Source: Cirrosporium novae-zelandiae
Taxonomy: Eukaryota
DNA: 64,000 bases
Assembly: GCA_026023565.1 (NCBI GenBank)
Contig: JAPETS010000037.1
Span: forward strand, 124,001 to 188,000
Direction of reading: 5' to 3'
Shown: in pieces, positions 44,275-59,200 of the stretch
Layout of the letters: every line of letters begins with the position of its first letter
How positions within the stretch are numbered: the stretch's first letter is position 1
Position numbers and translations under genes: made by a program
Notes under the pieces: model-generated
What the model was told of the DNA's origin: nothing
The model's database searches: none
What the model saw: only the letters and a program-made list of their open reading frames with translations

Positions 44275-45354
44275 ATGAGCAAGCTAGGCGATTTTGATGC
44301 AGTCCGCAAGGATATTGCGGCATTAATGCGTCAGCCGGACTATGATGACGGCAGTGCAGGACCTGTTTTTGTCAGACTCGCATGGTATTTGATCCGCAAT
44401 CGTGACTATTCTCTAACTTGGGTACTGACTATTTTTCAGGCATTCCGCAGGTACCTATGATCTTGAAACTGATACCGGAGGTTCAAATGGCGCCGGGATG
44501 CGATATGAAGCCGAGGGCGGTGATCCTGCGAATGCTGGTCTACAGCATGCTCGGATGTTTTTAGAACCTCTCAAGACGAAACATCCATGGATCACATACT
44601 CCGATCTCTGGACCTTAGCCGGCATCATTGCGATTAAGGAGATGGGCGGCCCAGAAATTGAATGGAAAGGAGGACGTACCGATTATAAAGATGACTCTAA
44701 GCTTCCACCTCGAGGTAGGCTACCGGATGGTGCCTTAGCAGAAGATCATATTCGAGCAGTTTTCTATAGAATGGGATTTAATGACCAAGAAATTGTTGCA
44801 TTATGCGGGGCTCATAATTTAGGAAGATGCCATAGTGATCGCTCGTATGATTTCTGATGTTCCACAGTTATATGTTGTATGACGTTCTGATGCAGCTAAA
44901 TAGGGGGTTCGATGGTGCCTGGGTTAACAATCCCACACGCTTTTCCAACCAATACTACAAGCTTTTAACGTCTGTGGAGTGGAAGCCAAAGACACTTCCT
45001 TCGGGTATTCACCAATTTGCCTACTATGACGAGGACATGGAGACAGAATTGATGATGCTGCCTACCGACATGGCCCTCATCTCGGATCCATCATTTTCGA
45101 AATGGGTACACAAGTACTCCCAGGACAAAGAAATATTTTTCACGGATTTTGCAAAGGCGTTTGCTAAGCTTGTCGAACTAGGAATCAAACGGGATGAAAT
45201 GGGACAAGTGACAAATACTGATAATGAAAAGGGAGGATATCACTCGGCTCCTAAGAAGAGCAACGTACCTGTCGCTTCAAAAAAGACACAAAAAGCTGGG
45301 AACCATACTGCGCTACTGGAGGGACAAAATGCGAGGCATATGGCCAAACTGTGA
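44275..45354 (+). CDS. Class I heme peroxidase (cytochrome c peroxidase-like, CCP2 type) with peroxisomal PTS1
   Basis: '[16 protein letters not shown]' across intron about 44385-44439, 'GRLPDG', proximal His in 'GAHNLGRCH', intron about 44844-44903, 'MMLPTDMAL', C-terminal -AKL, and no mitochondrial presequence. Confidence 0.92.
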
Positions 45355-46487
45355 CAGCCAGGGATAATATATTACAAGAACATGCAAATCACGAGTTTGC
45401 AATGAGGGATTGGATAATTTCCAATGGGGCCCGGTTTGGGGGTCATACTATCGTTCCCAGGGCTAGATTTTATTCACCAATTGGTTAGAATAGCGGACAG
45501 GCTTGTGACTAGCAACGCCTCCATTGTGCTAATAGACAATAGAATTAGATTAGAGGATAGGATTATTTGTTTATTTGATGTACTAAGACGATATTTCTTG
45601 ATTCATAAGCTATTTACATCGGACCGAAGTTGTCAGCGGCGTTCTCCATACATGCGCCGCATTGAAAGGGGGTTATTGATTGGTTGGAAGTGATTGATGT
45701 CGTACAAAACTCTTCCACAGTACTATCGTACTAAAACCCTTGCCGAGGATCTTTTGGTACTCGTAAAATCACGGGTGGGAACCACTCGGGTCCCACTACT
45801 ATCTACTCAAATACATGTACTTTCGTAAGAAGGTTGAGCATCAACTCTGACTGCCAATCTCGCCAACTTCCTTCTAAGTGGCTCATCAGCCTCGCAACAT
45901 CATAACGTGACAATATCCCATTTTTATTGTACACTTCGGTGGCTTACTGTGCCATCGGCGTTCAGCCATTAGGTCTTCCTCAGCCTTATACGATGTAAGA
46001 GAATCCTTCGTCCAGCCTTTCTTTTCCGGACGTGAGGTTCTACTGGTCGACAAAGGTAGCCGACATAATGATAATGGAGATCCCCCGCTGAGGTCTCAGA
46101 TCGATATTTTGACGCCAATCAGCCCTAAATGATACGAGCCAATATTTGCTTATTTTGAGAATAGGGCATAATGGTCTAACGACCAAGGGTTTGCTAGAAC
46201 GCCTTTCCTAGGTCGGGTTCTCCGCTTTCTTCTTTTCTGCAAAACATGGGGATACACCTCTGGAATTTGCCAATGCTGCCCGTTTCCTTCTCAGCTCTGA
46301 TTCTGGACCGTCTGGAGCTTATTCATGTTTGCAGATCTGTTCAGCTCGCTTTCGGAGCATTACTCTTTCATCATGCAAGTCCCTCATTTTTCCCGAGCTT
46401 ACATACTATATATGCGAGCATGTTTGAGCAAATTCACAACCTCCGCCGCTCTTGGTACTGCACTCTATTTCTTTTCTTCTATCTATC

Positions 46488-49117
46488 ATGGGGTTCTTCA
46501 AGAGCTGTTTGGATGTTTTGCTTCAATTCGCCCCCATTACTTGGAATAGTGACTATGGCGTTCAAAAGCCTCTCCCGCTAAGTAGCGTTGTTGTTCATCC
46601 GGAAACGGCATCTCGAGGCTTCGTTTGCCATTATCCAGAGTATGAGCAATATGGATGGGAGAGCTGCAACGGACCCAATAGCCGTGATTGTTGGATCCGA
46701 GATCCATATGCCAGTCAGCCGCTGTTCTCCCAGTTTGATATTGAAACAGACTACGAGAGGTCAGTTGTTATATATGCGTAACTGGACTCCTCGTTGATTG
46801 TTTTCAAGATATTACCCAGAAGGCATCAAGCGCGAAGTAATAATGTTCCTTGCATTATTTTAATATTTGCTAAGCCTCCTTAGTACTGGATTGAAGTTGA
46901 GGACAAAGATATCCATCCGGACGGGTACAGTAAACCTACCGGCAAAGTCATTAATGGAACATATCCTGGACCCCTCATCGAGGTATGCTCCTTTGAGAGG
47001 CATTAAGATTGTTCGTATCAATAACATTATCCCCAATCAAAGGCTTGCTGGGGCGACGAGATCGTAGTCCATGTCAAAAACCGACTAAAAACAAATGGAA
47101 CTACAATTCATTGGCATGGAATCCGACAGCTACATACAAATGATGCAGATGGTACGTCTGGCTTTCTAGTATATATAAGGTTCTATAACTTACAATAAAT
47201 CGGTATAGGTGTCAATGGTGATTTCCCTTAATCCGTAAAGACCGCGAATTTGTCTTGAGCTGACTCCAATACCTTTAGGCGTAACCCAATGCCCAGTTGC
47301 TGTGAGTATACTAGATTTGGAAGACTGATTCAATGCTGACCGAGAATAGGAAGACGAAACATATACTTATCGATTCCGTGCTCATCAATATGGTCATTCC
47401 TGGTACCATTCGTATGTACTAGCTTTCCCTCACACAATACGATATGCTCATCTTCATAATTTTATAGGCATTACTCCCTTCAGTATCCGGATGGCGTTGC
47501 GGGACCCCTTCTTATCCATGGTCCCAATAGTGCTAATTGGGATGAAGCATGGAATAAGCCTATTATGATTACTGATTGGCTTCATAATAGTGCATTTGCA
47601 GAATTTCAGCAGGAGCTTGATATAACTCTCACTGGACATCTACCGGAGGCACAGAGTGTCTTGATTGATGGAGAAGGTTGGTATTCGTTACCATAGGCTG
47701 TCTATTTTACTCATATTGGTTAGGATTATATAAGTGCGGTACTAACCCAACCGATGATCCTAAACGCTGTGTGGGCAAAGGATCTGTATTCACTCGAACT
47801 CTTCAAAAAGGCAAGCGTTACTTGCTGCGGTTGATCAATGCTGTAAGAACACTCAGATCAATTTACAATCAAGAGTACGCTGTAACAATTTTCTCAGTCT
47901 GCCGACTCAACTTTCATTTTCAGTATCGACAACCACATGCTCGAGGTAATATCTAATGACTTTGTGGCTATCCATCCTTACAAGACCGAATCTGTGCTGA
48001 TTGGAATTGGTAAGAACCCCTTATAATTTAAAGAGCTTCGTATTCTTACTTCTCACTAGGTCAACGATATTCCGTTATTGTTGAGGCAAAACCGTCTCCA
48101 GTTGCCCCAGATGGAAATTACTGGATTCGGACAACACTTGCTGATGGCTGCGGAAATTTCACGGACTTCAACACAACAGGCATCATCAGGTATAATCCTA
48201 AGAGCAAGGCTCTGCCGACGACCCAGGAACACAAATATCCAACGGCTTGCTCTGACGAGCCATACGATAAATTGAGGCCTATCCTGCCGTGGGAGGTGGG
48301 TTCACGTCCAGCAAACAATGTGACTAACAACACCTATGAGGCTGGCCTCAGTTTCGACAAATTCCATCAATTCAGGCGTTGGGATCTAACGGACTATCCA
48401 CTATGGCTTAATTTCTCCGATCCAACAATCATGAATCTCGACAATACGACATGGAACCCTGAGTATTGTATAGTTGACTATAATTATGAAGATGAATGGG
48501 TATATCTTGTGGTCACGGGTAATCTATCACGATTCAACGATACGCAGGGAGTGATTCCAGCAGCGCATCCTATCCATGTACGTGCTTCGATAACACTTTG
48601 GATATGACGGTGAAAATTTGCTAACATTTACTCAGTTACATGGGCACGATTTTGCTATCATGGCGCAGAGTTCGAAGCCTTACAATGAAAGTGAAGATCC
48701 GAAACACTTTAATTTCCACAGTACGAGCATTAAGCCATTTCCTTATCATTGAAGAACAGCTATTAATGGATTATTAAATAGATCCACCACGTAGAGATGT
48801 CGCTCTGCTCCCTAGTGGCGGATATCTAGCCTTGGCATTTCGATCTGATAATCCTGGTATCTGGTTACTACATTGCCAGTAAGTCCTTGAAAATTCGTGA
48901 AGCTTACGCAAAAGCAACCAAGACTGATTTTTTTTTTCATAATAGCATTGCATGGCATGCATCCTCAGGACTGGCACTTCAGATTCTGGAGCGGCAGGAT
49001 GAGATTCTGGATACCATCGGAAGGCGGTTCCATACTACACAAAAAACATGCGAGGGGTGGGATGTCTGGTACAAGGAGCATATCTCAACTTTTGATCAAA
49101 ACGATAGTGGTGTTTGA
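46488..49117 (+). CDS. Multicopper oxidase (laccase-like, AA1), about 14 exons
   Basis: Copper motifs: 'TTIHWHG' (about 47100), 'SWYHS|HY', 'HPIH|LHGHDF', '[20 protein letters not shown]' (Leu at the axial position), ending DSGV*. Confidence 0.93.
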
Positions 49118-49823
49118 GAAATTGCTTTTTGTGAGGGGTTTTTGGCTGGTGGTCTAGTTATAGTAGTGTTTGCTTGGCTGGCATGTTTTTAACGTACTAT
49201 CCAGTAGAGCGACGGGTTGTAGAAATCTTTCATAGGATTGGCGATGGAAACTATTTGGTACCTGGGAGGGATTATAGGATGATTGGATATGAAAGGGAAT
49301 GAATGAACGGGGTCATAGAGAATCAGGTTAAAAGACGAAGCAAAATCCGCAAAATCAAGCAAAACTAAGCTTTTCTGCCAAGTATTCGTATTTCAGTTAA
49401 GCAAGCGCCGAACTTACGGGGTAGGGAAGCCTATGGGGATGGGGGGATAGGTGTTAGTTACGGTGTAGATATGCAGCAACCAAGCACAGGTACGTCAGCA
49501 CCAAATTCCCCGTCGTCTCACATTTGGACAACCAAGCAACAATCTGTAGCTCCCTGAATCCCTGAATCTAGCCCCTCCACAGCCAACAGCCAACAGCCCA
49601 CCTTCACTATCCTTTTACTCTTCCTCTCGTCCTCTCATCCTCTCTTCTCTTCTCTACTCTTCTTTTCTCTTCATCCTCTCATCTCTCTTCTTCCAATTGC
49701 TCTTCCACTTTTACTTCCACTTCCACTTCCTCCTTCTCTTCCTCAGCTCTCTTAGCTTCTCTTATTTTCCTCCAAAACCTAACCCAAATCTTTCTCCATT
49801 TTTACACATTATTATTATTCATC

Positions 49824-51557
49824 ATGGTTGTCCTTTCTCAGGTTGCCAATAAGAACGATCTCGAGAAGCCTCTTATTGATGGACTGGAGAAACTCGATCT
49901 CAATATTCCAAGTACACCAGACGAATACACTGTCAGCGTCTATGGATCTCGATTCGCTGCCGAAGAGCTCCCTAAAAATGAAATGCCGGATCGTGAAATG
50001 CCCAGAGAGATTGCTTATCGCATGATCAGGGACGACCTGAGCTTAGATGGCAACCCAATGCTCAAGTTGGTTCTCCTTCTCAAAGGTCCATCTTGAGCAA
50101 AGAGCTGACCCAGCCTCTTTCTTCCAGTCTTGCTAGTTTTGTCACTACTTATATGGTCAGATATTCGCTGTTCCCAAATGACAAGACAATTTGATCTAAT
50201 CTTTATTGTAGGAAGATGAAGCAGAAAAACTGATGACCGAGGCATTTGCCAAGAATTTCATTGACTACGAAGAGTATCCTGCGTCCGCTGAGATTCAGAA
50301 CCGATGCGTAGCTATGATCGCTCGTCTCTTCAACATCCCTACTCATGAAGAACATAACCATGCCTTGGGTACTTCTACTGTGGGTTCCTCTGAGGCTATC
50401 ATGCTGAGCACTCTGGCCATGAAGAAACGCTGGCAGAATGCCCGCAAAGCCGCAGGTAAGGACTATAGCAATCCCAACATTGTCATGAACTCTGCTGTCC
50501 AAGTTTGCTGGGAAAAGGCAGCAAGATACTTTGACATTGAGGAGAAGTATGTATACTGCACAGAAGATCGGTACGTCATTGACCCAGAGGAGGCTGTTAA
50601 CTTGGTCGACGAGAACACAATTGGTATTTGTGCTATTCTTGGTACTACCTATACTGGCGAATATGAAGACGTGAAGGCCATCAACGATCTCTTGATTAAG
50701 AGGGGTATGGATACACCTATCCATGTGGATGCAGCCTCTGGTGGATTTGTGGCTCCCTTTGTGGCTCCTAACCTACAGTGGGACTTCCGTCTAGAAAAGG
50801 TCGTCTCGATTAACGTCTCTGGCCACAAGTACGGCTTGGTAAGCGCTCTAATCATACTCTTATCCCACACAGTTTACTGATATACCACCGCAAGGTTTAC
50901 CCCGGTGTTGGCTGGTGCGTCTGGCGCGCCCCTGAATACCTCCCCAAAGAACTTGTCTTCAACATAAACTACCTTGGGGCTGATCAAGCCTCCTTCACGC
51001 TCAACTTCTCTAAGGGGGCATCCCATGTCATTGGCCAATACTACCAAATGATCCGCCTTGGCAAAGCCGGCTACCGTTCCATCATGCTCAACCTCACCCG
51101 CATCGCCGACTACCTTAGTGCACAGCTTGCAGCACTAGGCTTCATCATCATGTCCAAAGGCTCTGGCGACGGCTTACCCCTCGTGGCGTTCCGCTTGGAC
51201 CCCGAGCAGAACCACAAGTATGACGAATTTGCCGTGGCACATCAGCTGCGCGAACGGGGCTGGGTCGTCCCAGCTTACACTCTCGCACCAAATGCCGGCC
51301 ACCTCAAGATGATGCGTGTGGTCGTCCGAGAAGACTTCTCTCGCCCTAGATGCGATGCCCTGGTGCAGGACGTCAAGCTGGGGCTGGAACTGCTGAACCA
51401 GATGGAAAAGGATCAGAGATTGGAGGAACACAATCATTACGTCAAACAGAGGGTTACCAAAGCGTGGCAATCCAAGCTTAGGAACAGACGCAATTCCTAT
51501 GCCGACGAGACCCATTCTTTGCAAGGAAGATTCGGAAAGAGCCATGCACCTTGCTAG
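49824..51557 (+). CDS. GAD1: Glutamate decarboxylase (PLP-dependent)
   Basis: '[23 protein letters not shown]', '[11 protein letters not shown]', '[10 protein letters not shown]', PLP lysine in 'SGHKYGL', 'GWVVPAY'. Three introns. Confidence 0.95.
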
Positions 51558-52247
51558 GCTCTATATATGAGCAACTGCAGGACAGGGCGGAAGGACCTCC
51601 TAGAGACTGCACGATGATATGATGGCACGATTCATAAAAAATGAGTATTCATGGATAGATGGATGCTACAGGCGATGATGATAACTGGTTTGGCATAACC
51701 TCGGAAACAAAAATTTGAAAGACAGGTCAAAATAAAAACCGTTCATTCCACACGCATAAGACACAGTAGATATGACGGAACTTAGGAAACCCTGGCTTAA
51801 ACGCGCAATCTAACAAATATCCCTAGTGAAAACTATCGACTCGTAGTGTACCAAGCCCATCGGAAGCTTTTCGGTATACAAATATATAATTCACCACCAA
51901 ATTACGGACGTCCTTCTATTATTCACTGATGTAAACCAAAACTTAACTAGAACCTCCTATGGAGGGAGGTATCACGAAAGGCGGACCTAATGCTAAAAGG
52001 CCGATGGTGGTATGTATGTATACAACCACTAATTCGCAGTCTCACCCACGGCATGGCATCGCGTAGTCTAGTTGATTAGTCAAACCCAATTTCGCCAGCA
52101 TGGTAGAAAACAATAATAACACAGCAGGCAGGCAGGAGCGCAAGAACAACGCAGGAACGAAGTTAAATTCCTCCGCGCTCAACTCAACCGATCCCGCAAA
52201 ATCCCCATAATTGGACCCCACGTTAACCAATCCGACAAATCAACCAA

Positions 52248-55200
52248 TCAGTCAATCATAATAACCTCAACATCATCAGGTAAGTTACCTCTCGTAAACC
52301 TCACGTCTGTATCCCGTAGCATGTTGTTCTCGGAGCCTCTTTCCGCTTTGATAGCCATACCAGCAGTAGCACCAGTGGCAGTGGTAGTACCGCTAGTGAC
52401 GACGACCTCCTCATCACCTTCCAGCTCATGTTCATCTAGGATATCCGATATATCAATCCTGATCCTAATTTCCTTCTCTACCATCCCGCGGTACAGTTCC
52501 TGCAGCCTTGCAAACCCGATTTCCCTTCTCAGGTGTTGGAATGCTAGCATGTATGTTTGCTTGAGCCAGGGACACTGGTTTATCCCTGCATACAGGGCAG
52601 ATTTCGCTGCGTTGGTGTTCTGTAGCCACTGTTCGTAGTGGAAGGAGAGGATGTAGAGGAATGGGGAGTGGCGGAAGTGGGGGTCGCTGATGCAACGCTT
52701 TATAGCGGCGCGGCTGGCGTGCACGCTACTACCGCGGGCGACGGGACGGTTGATTTCTGTGTAGATATTGAAGAGGGAGGGGATGATGGAAGTGTTGCGT
52801 TCTTGTTTTGTTGGGTTTTTCTTGGTGGTTGTTAGCAAGGCGTTGTGCATGACGGCGCGGATGCGGTCGTCGATGAGGAGGTGGGATTCGTTCCAGGCGT
52901 GCAGCGAGAGAAAGATTGTGTTTGTTGGGAATAGGGAGAGGCTAGTTTCCAGCTCGTTACGGATGGTGCTGGGTTTGAAGTTTTTTGTTTGTGTCATGTG
53001 GTAGTGCATTAGGCGGGCTTTGGATTGGTGGAGTAGTTCATTAGGGAGGGAGGTGGATAGGTTGCGGGCGTGTAGGATGGTGGATGTTTCGTTCATTCTT
53101 TGGAGGGCCACTAGGAGATCGCGGTCGTGTGAGAGGTAGTACAAGAGGGATAGGCATTCGGTGTATTGACAGGCGAGGTGATAGTACCCGTTGGAGACCA
53201 TCGAATCACGTCCTTGCTCAAAAACCTTTGTAAAGTGGATTAATGACCTGGTGTAAGTCTGGAAGAGGGTAACAAACTAACCTTTTGAGCCTTCAGGAAC
53301 GTTGTTGAAGGAACTGCTCCTAATTTTATATCCTGGAAATGGCGTGGTTCTTTGATTATTTCGTCAAAGTCAAAATCCCCCCAAACTAGAAGGGCCCATA
53401 ATGCCATAGTTGGATCTCCGCCGAATAATAATCGCAATGCCCAACATCGAAGCAGGGTTATGCGATTCAGTCGCTCTGGATGTGGTACTTCATTGCTGGA
53501 GTTTAGGGCTCGCACCCACACCCTTGTGGCGTTCTCTAGACGGCCTCGGTTGCTGAGTATGAGGGCATAGGCATTGTAAATCGCAAGACTAGTCTTATTG
53601 TTCTTTGAAATGACCTTCGCAAGCTTCTCGGCTTTATCTGGGTAATTTATTGCTTCAAATGCCATGAAGTACTGAGCAAACTCTGCATTCTGATTTAGAG
53701 CATCACATTTCAACAAATCCTTAAGAACAAGTTCAACAAAGTCGATATCTAAGTATCCTGACGCAGAAGTAGGTGCATCCTGCCACTTACGGAATGATGA
53801 AAAACAAGGGACTTGGTTTTCAAATAAAGAATCAACAGAAGTAGGAAAGTAGCGAATGGCACTCTGCGGGCCCTTCTTGTTTGTCGTGTCTGTTGAACTA
53901 GGAAACCAGCCATTGCAGATTGTTTCCATAGATTGTCCAAGAATTTCATTGAAGATAAACTGGTCCGAATAGTATGTGGCAGCCCCAAAGCTAGAAGGCA
54001 AGGCGGGTTGGTGTGCAAAGGCAAGGAAGGAATTGACTAATTCTAGCTGAGCTTCTTGTGTGGATATATGGAAAAGAAACGGCTTAATATCTCCAGAGTA
54101 AACGATACGGTATATATCGTCTATATTTGTTTCATCCAAGGTGCGAGCCGGATGCCGACCATGATGTATTGCTGCTGTTTCCCACGCTATCCATTCTTTG
54201 AAAAGATTTGGGCAATCTGTAACAGAGGGGGAAAAGTCCTTTGAAGACTCAGTAATCCCATGGTCTGCAAAGCTCCACTTATTCCATCCAATGGCCCCTA
54301 TTTCGCCGATACGAGGAACCTCACTGTCCCAAAACTGATCAAACGACTTGTCTAGGTTTTGGGACGTATTAACTGGTCTTCTGAAGTTGTACTCTAAGAT
54401 AGCTTGCCACGTTGCGAGTGCGTACTCAGGATACCCGGCCTCACGTAGCATTAAGGTATACCTGAGAAATATATAGATTCGAAGACTATCCTGAGCAGAA
54501 GATGATGGGAGTTCTGTTAGGCATTTCTTGAATAGATTTTGATATTGCTGAACCGTGTGCGTAGTAGAGCTTGATTGCTGGAAATTGATGTAACCTATCC
54601 ATAACTCCCAGATATTTGGATTCTCACGCAAGGCCTTACGCCATTTCTCTGAAATTTTATGCTTCTCCCAAACCCTCGTGCCCTCCTCCATCATCCCCAG
54701 CAGCAAGCGTTCTCGTCCGTCAGCATCCTTGACAGCACCTAGTGCTTGCTCGTATATTGATATCTTTATATCTGCCGTGCTCTTTCTTTCAGCGGCTGTT
54801 AATTTTCGTTTTCTACTAACCGGCTCCAGAAAGTTATCTTGAAAGTTGATCAAATCAAGCCAAGCGTCAGTATCACTCGGATCTAACTTTGTCTTTTTTG
54901 AAAGCTCTGCATTTCGTTGTTGGAAATGGGAGTTTACAGATTCCGTTCCTCCTTCGGTAGCATACTCCAAATCTTCATCTTCGGGCTGGTGCGATTGCGC
55001 CATAGCATGTTCAATTGATCGATAATCTTGTATCTCGATTTCTTTATCCGAGTTATCAGTTATAACATCTGTAAGATTTAATCGCTGCCGTTTTCGTGGT
55101 TCTAAATCAAGAAAGTCTCTATCATTTTCCAATGCTTGTAGATTTAAGTTCGGAGAAGCCTTCACCCTCAACTCAGATGTTGGAAGGCTATCCCAGTCCA

Positions 55201-55768
55201 GTTCTTTTGGCTCCATTACTCGATATCCCACTCTCAGTGATCCGTATGTGCTAGATGTCTTTTCAATCCGTAGAGAATCTGGTAGTCCCAGAATAGCCCC
55301 GAAACCAGTGCGCTTGAACGATGGAATACTATACCGATGAGTGGTACCATAATTTACGTTAGCAGGATCGCCCTTCGTGTCGACGACCCACGGGTCAGGA
55401 TCTTTATTCCATGATTCAATTACCGGAGTGGTATTCTCCATATGTGTATGCTTTTCATCGCGGTGATGTCGATGTTTATGCTGTCTAGCAGAATCATCGT
55501 GTGACTGACGACGGCTGTTATGGTGGAGTCGAGAGCGAATGGAAGGAGAGGCAGATTCATGGCGATGTCGGCGATCGCTCTCCAATCGATGACTTTTATG
55601 TTTCGACTGATGTTTTTCTCGAGATTCTCCTTGCTTGCGATGACGAGAGCTAGACCCTGGAGATGGGGCCTGGCTTGAGGTGCCTTGGATTGAAGCAGTA
55701 GGTTTAGGTTTGAAGCTCGAGAACTTTGGGACTGAGGGCTGTTTGCTCTCCAACTCAGAGCTAGACAT
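52248..55768 (-). CDS. NRDE2: NRDE-2 / Nrl1-like nuclear RNA-processing factor
   Basis: 'DTKGDPANVNYG', 'AWLDLINFQD', 'EAGYPEYALATWQAILEYNF', 'FWDSEVPRIGE', intron about 53282-53226, 'CPWLKQTYMLAF...EKEIRIR'. A short upstream exon from 55840 is possible. Confidence 0.88.
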
Positions 55769-56255
55769 GTTAGCTTACATCAACAAAAAATATAAAGAAA
55801 CGAAACAAGAGACATACTTGGTCGTCATGTTGTTTTCCATCTAATAGAAGGTGGATGTACATGTACAGTCCAAGCTAGAGACGGTAAAAGCCGGGGCGGT
55901 AAGAGTGCTGTTGGCAGAAAATTAAATAAAATTTAGAAGTTTGCGATACACATTCATAGCTTCACTGGTCCCCAAAGTACACCACTTCCTTACTCACATT
56001 CACCACGTCGCACAAAGACAATATTTTACCCATCCAGCCCTTATCAGAATTAAGAAAATGGAAATTTAGATATCTCTGGGATTTTATGAGTTTATGCTTC
56101 TCACAAAATCACAACCCTTCCGGGAGTGACTCGGTAGAATAGCTCTCCACAACCGCTAAACCTGAAAAACTCTTTTTTCATCTGTGGTCCTCAAACCAAT
56201 TCAATTGTCTAATACCACATTGGGTCGCATGCTTAGGAGCCTTGAAATAGCAACT

Positions 56256-59200
56256 ATGTCGTCTCTTGCAAGGCGGTTGAGCAAGATTGCTGCCGCATCC
56301 AATAACTCTTTGGATCTAAAGGCACAAAAAGTCGCTCACTCGAAATCCCTCATCTTTGAGCCCCGAATCGCTGGAACTCAAGATTTTGATACAATATATC
56401 AAATTTGCCTAGAAGGATTCCAAGAACTATGTCAACTTGACAAAAGATTTATTAGCTATGAGAGGACGATCTTTGGGGAACAAAGCAAAACCCAAGATAG
56501 AAATCAATTGACTACGGATCAAAATGAAGAATTGAACGTGGTACTGCAAAGCTTTCTAGGCTTAATAGGGGCACGATTGCTTTTACGGCCAGCGATTAAA
56601 GCCGTTGACTGGCTAGTACGTCGATTTAGGTGGGTTGGAAACTTGTGTGATCCTGTAGGGTTTTTTACTAATAGTATTTTCTTAATAGAGTCCACGAGTT
56701 TAATACCGCAGCTCTTTTATTCTGCTTCTTGCCCTATCATTTGAATCCCATTTTCACTAATGTGCTCTCTATCCTCCCTCCCAGATTACCCGCCGGGTTC
56801 AAATTTCTACAGCCATATACGCAGTCACTAATGGCACCTCCACGGTCGGCCATAACAAATGCTGCTACCCTCGACCAAGCATTTTCGTCATCTTTTAACA
56901 GCTATGTACTAAGAATAGGTAAAGCACGACATATCTATCCAGGGTATTCGGCCTTTTGGGCAGCAGTCATGACAGAAGCGCTCGCAGGGAGGTTGGATAG
57001 AGCAAGATCGGGGAGGATGGGAATACAAAAACAAAATCAAGAAGATGTCTTAATTCAAATCCTTCCGGTTGTCAGTGCAGGCCTAGCGATGAGAAAAGTC
57101 CCTGAGCTTCAGCTCAGTTGTTATATGCTTTCGACTGTCATTGTGTCTAAAGCAAGTCTTGGTGATGCCCTTCTCACAGGATTGATGCGGGAAATCATTG
57201 AAAATTGGACTACTGAAACTACCTACGCCGGTCTCACCTGTCTGACTGTAATAGCTCAGCAAAAGGATGGTCTACAATTACCAAAAGCCATCTCGGTTGA
57301 AATTTTCCGTATGGACGGTCTGGAAGAACGGCTTGTTGAGATTGGAGAAAAGTATCGGGTTGACAAGCTAGCCTTACATCTCTTCCAAGCTTATCTGGAC
57401 GGCATAAGAGCTGATTCTGGCTCTAATGGATTGGAAATTATGAAGAGACTCCTTCGGGAGTCTCTAGTTAATGGTAGCATTATTCGTTTCGTCTTCACAT
57501 TAATAATCCGCAAATTACAATCGACCACAAACACAGCTCAGACGATGAATCTTGCCGAACCAATATCAGATTTCTTGATAGAAACCACCAAATCTCAGGA
57601 GGCGCTATCAATACTTGAGCAGCTATTACAAGAAGAGGGATTTAGCAAAGATGCATTGGAATTGAAATTGCAAGCTGCGCTACCTGCGCTACCTGCGCCA
57701 GATTCTAAGAACACTCAAACAACTGATGACGTTGAAATGGAGGATATCGAAGCTGAATCAGACGAAAGTAAATTTGAGTCCATGCTCTCCGACATATCTA
57801 CCTTCACAATAACCGAAGATTCATTTCTCACATACTCTGAGACCAGCAAATTTACTCCTCTCGCATCTACCTTTCAAATAGCGTGCTCTAGCCCTAACAA
57901 TCTGGAGAAATTTTGCGACCTTCCAATCCTTGAAAAGGCTACCATCTGGACAAAGCCGCTTTATATGTCCTTTTTTCTGAGGGTTGCTAGTGGTTCCTTT
58001 CCAGCCCCCCTTCGAGCTACTGCGTTGCAAGTGATAACTTCAGCGCTGGTGAAGACTGATTTGATGACATGTGATCCTCAGATTGTACTGGTGTATGCCT
58101 TGATCTCCTTTGCGGACCCCGCAAAAGGCGTTAGACTTGCCGCATCTAGATTACTTACAGTACTAAGAAAGATGTACTCAAAAGTAAAGAAGCAAAAGGG
58201 CAAGGGCTTTGAGCTCCCAGTGTTTGGTTCTAACACTATATACAGCGGCAGGGCTAGTAAAAACATCAGCTGGTTAGCCAGTGAAGAGGCCTTGAAATTT
58301 TTAGACACCACCCTTGTCCCCAATCTTGAAGAATGTGTTCTTGATAACGACCAGATCTCTCGAGTACTCGCCGGTGCCTTTGGTGTTATTGACGAGGAAC
58401 ATCCACCGACGCCTGAGAATCCTCTACCAGAATTAAAGAAATCCTTACGTAATTCGGTCTTTTCATTCCTTAGTAGCCATATCGCCTACACACCTTCTCT
58501 CAAAACTAGATTTCATTTACTACAGATACTCGAACGTACCTTTCGAGAGAAATCTTCTTCGCGGACGAAACTATTGCTCCCTTGTCTCAAAGAGTGGAAA
58601 TCTATGGACCATTCCGATATTATTAATCGCTGCAGGGAAGAAGGCATCAATGAGGCAGAACTTGAAAGGGCCGTTTTGTCCGTTGTTCCAGCGAACGATA
58701 ATCATGGGTTACATGCGTTACGTTCGATTATCTCATCTGATCTCCCCCTGGAGAGGCTTTCTCTGTTGAGAGAAACTTTTAATAGGCTCCAGGTCTTGTG
58801 GCTTTCTATGAGTTTAGAAGCGCAAAAAGCTATGGGAGAATTCCTACTTGACATTTCTCTAAGTACTAATGACTCAAAATATACACCCGAACAATGCACG
58901 AGGTCGCTAGACGTGTTAAAGGAAGTCAAGCTGAGCGCTGATGTTCTCTCGATATTTCTGAATAAGATTACATCAATCAAAATAGACCTTCCCAGTCAAC
59001 CACCGTCCGCTAAACGGAGGCGAACAAGCAAAAGTCAGTCTCCTAACCGTAATAGACAGTCTGGGGGCCTCGCTTCGTCTCTTAAGGAGATCACTACTAT
59101 TTTGGAGATCGTAGATTCATCGAAACCAGAGAGATACCCCGAGTTACTAGGAAACCTCTTCGACGTTCTTGGTTTCCTTCAACAAATTGGGATTGACACA

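Noticed and set aside
44275..51557. Secondary-metabolite cluster (peroxidase + laccase + decarboxylase)
   Set aside because: No PKS, NRPS or terpene backbone gene or transporter. GAD and the CCP-like gene are ordinary housekeeping/stress genes.
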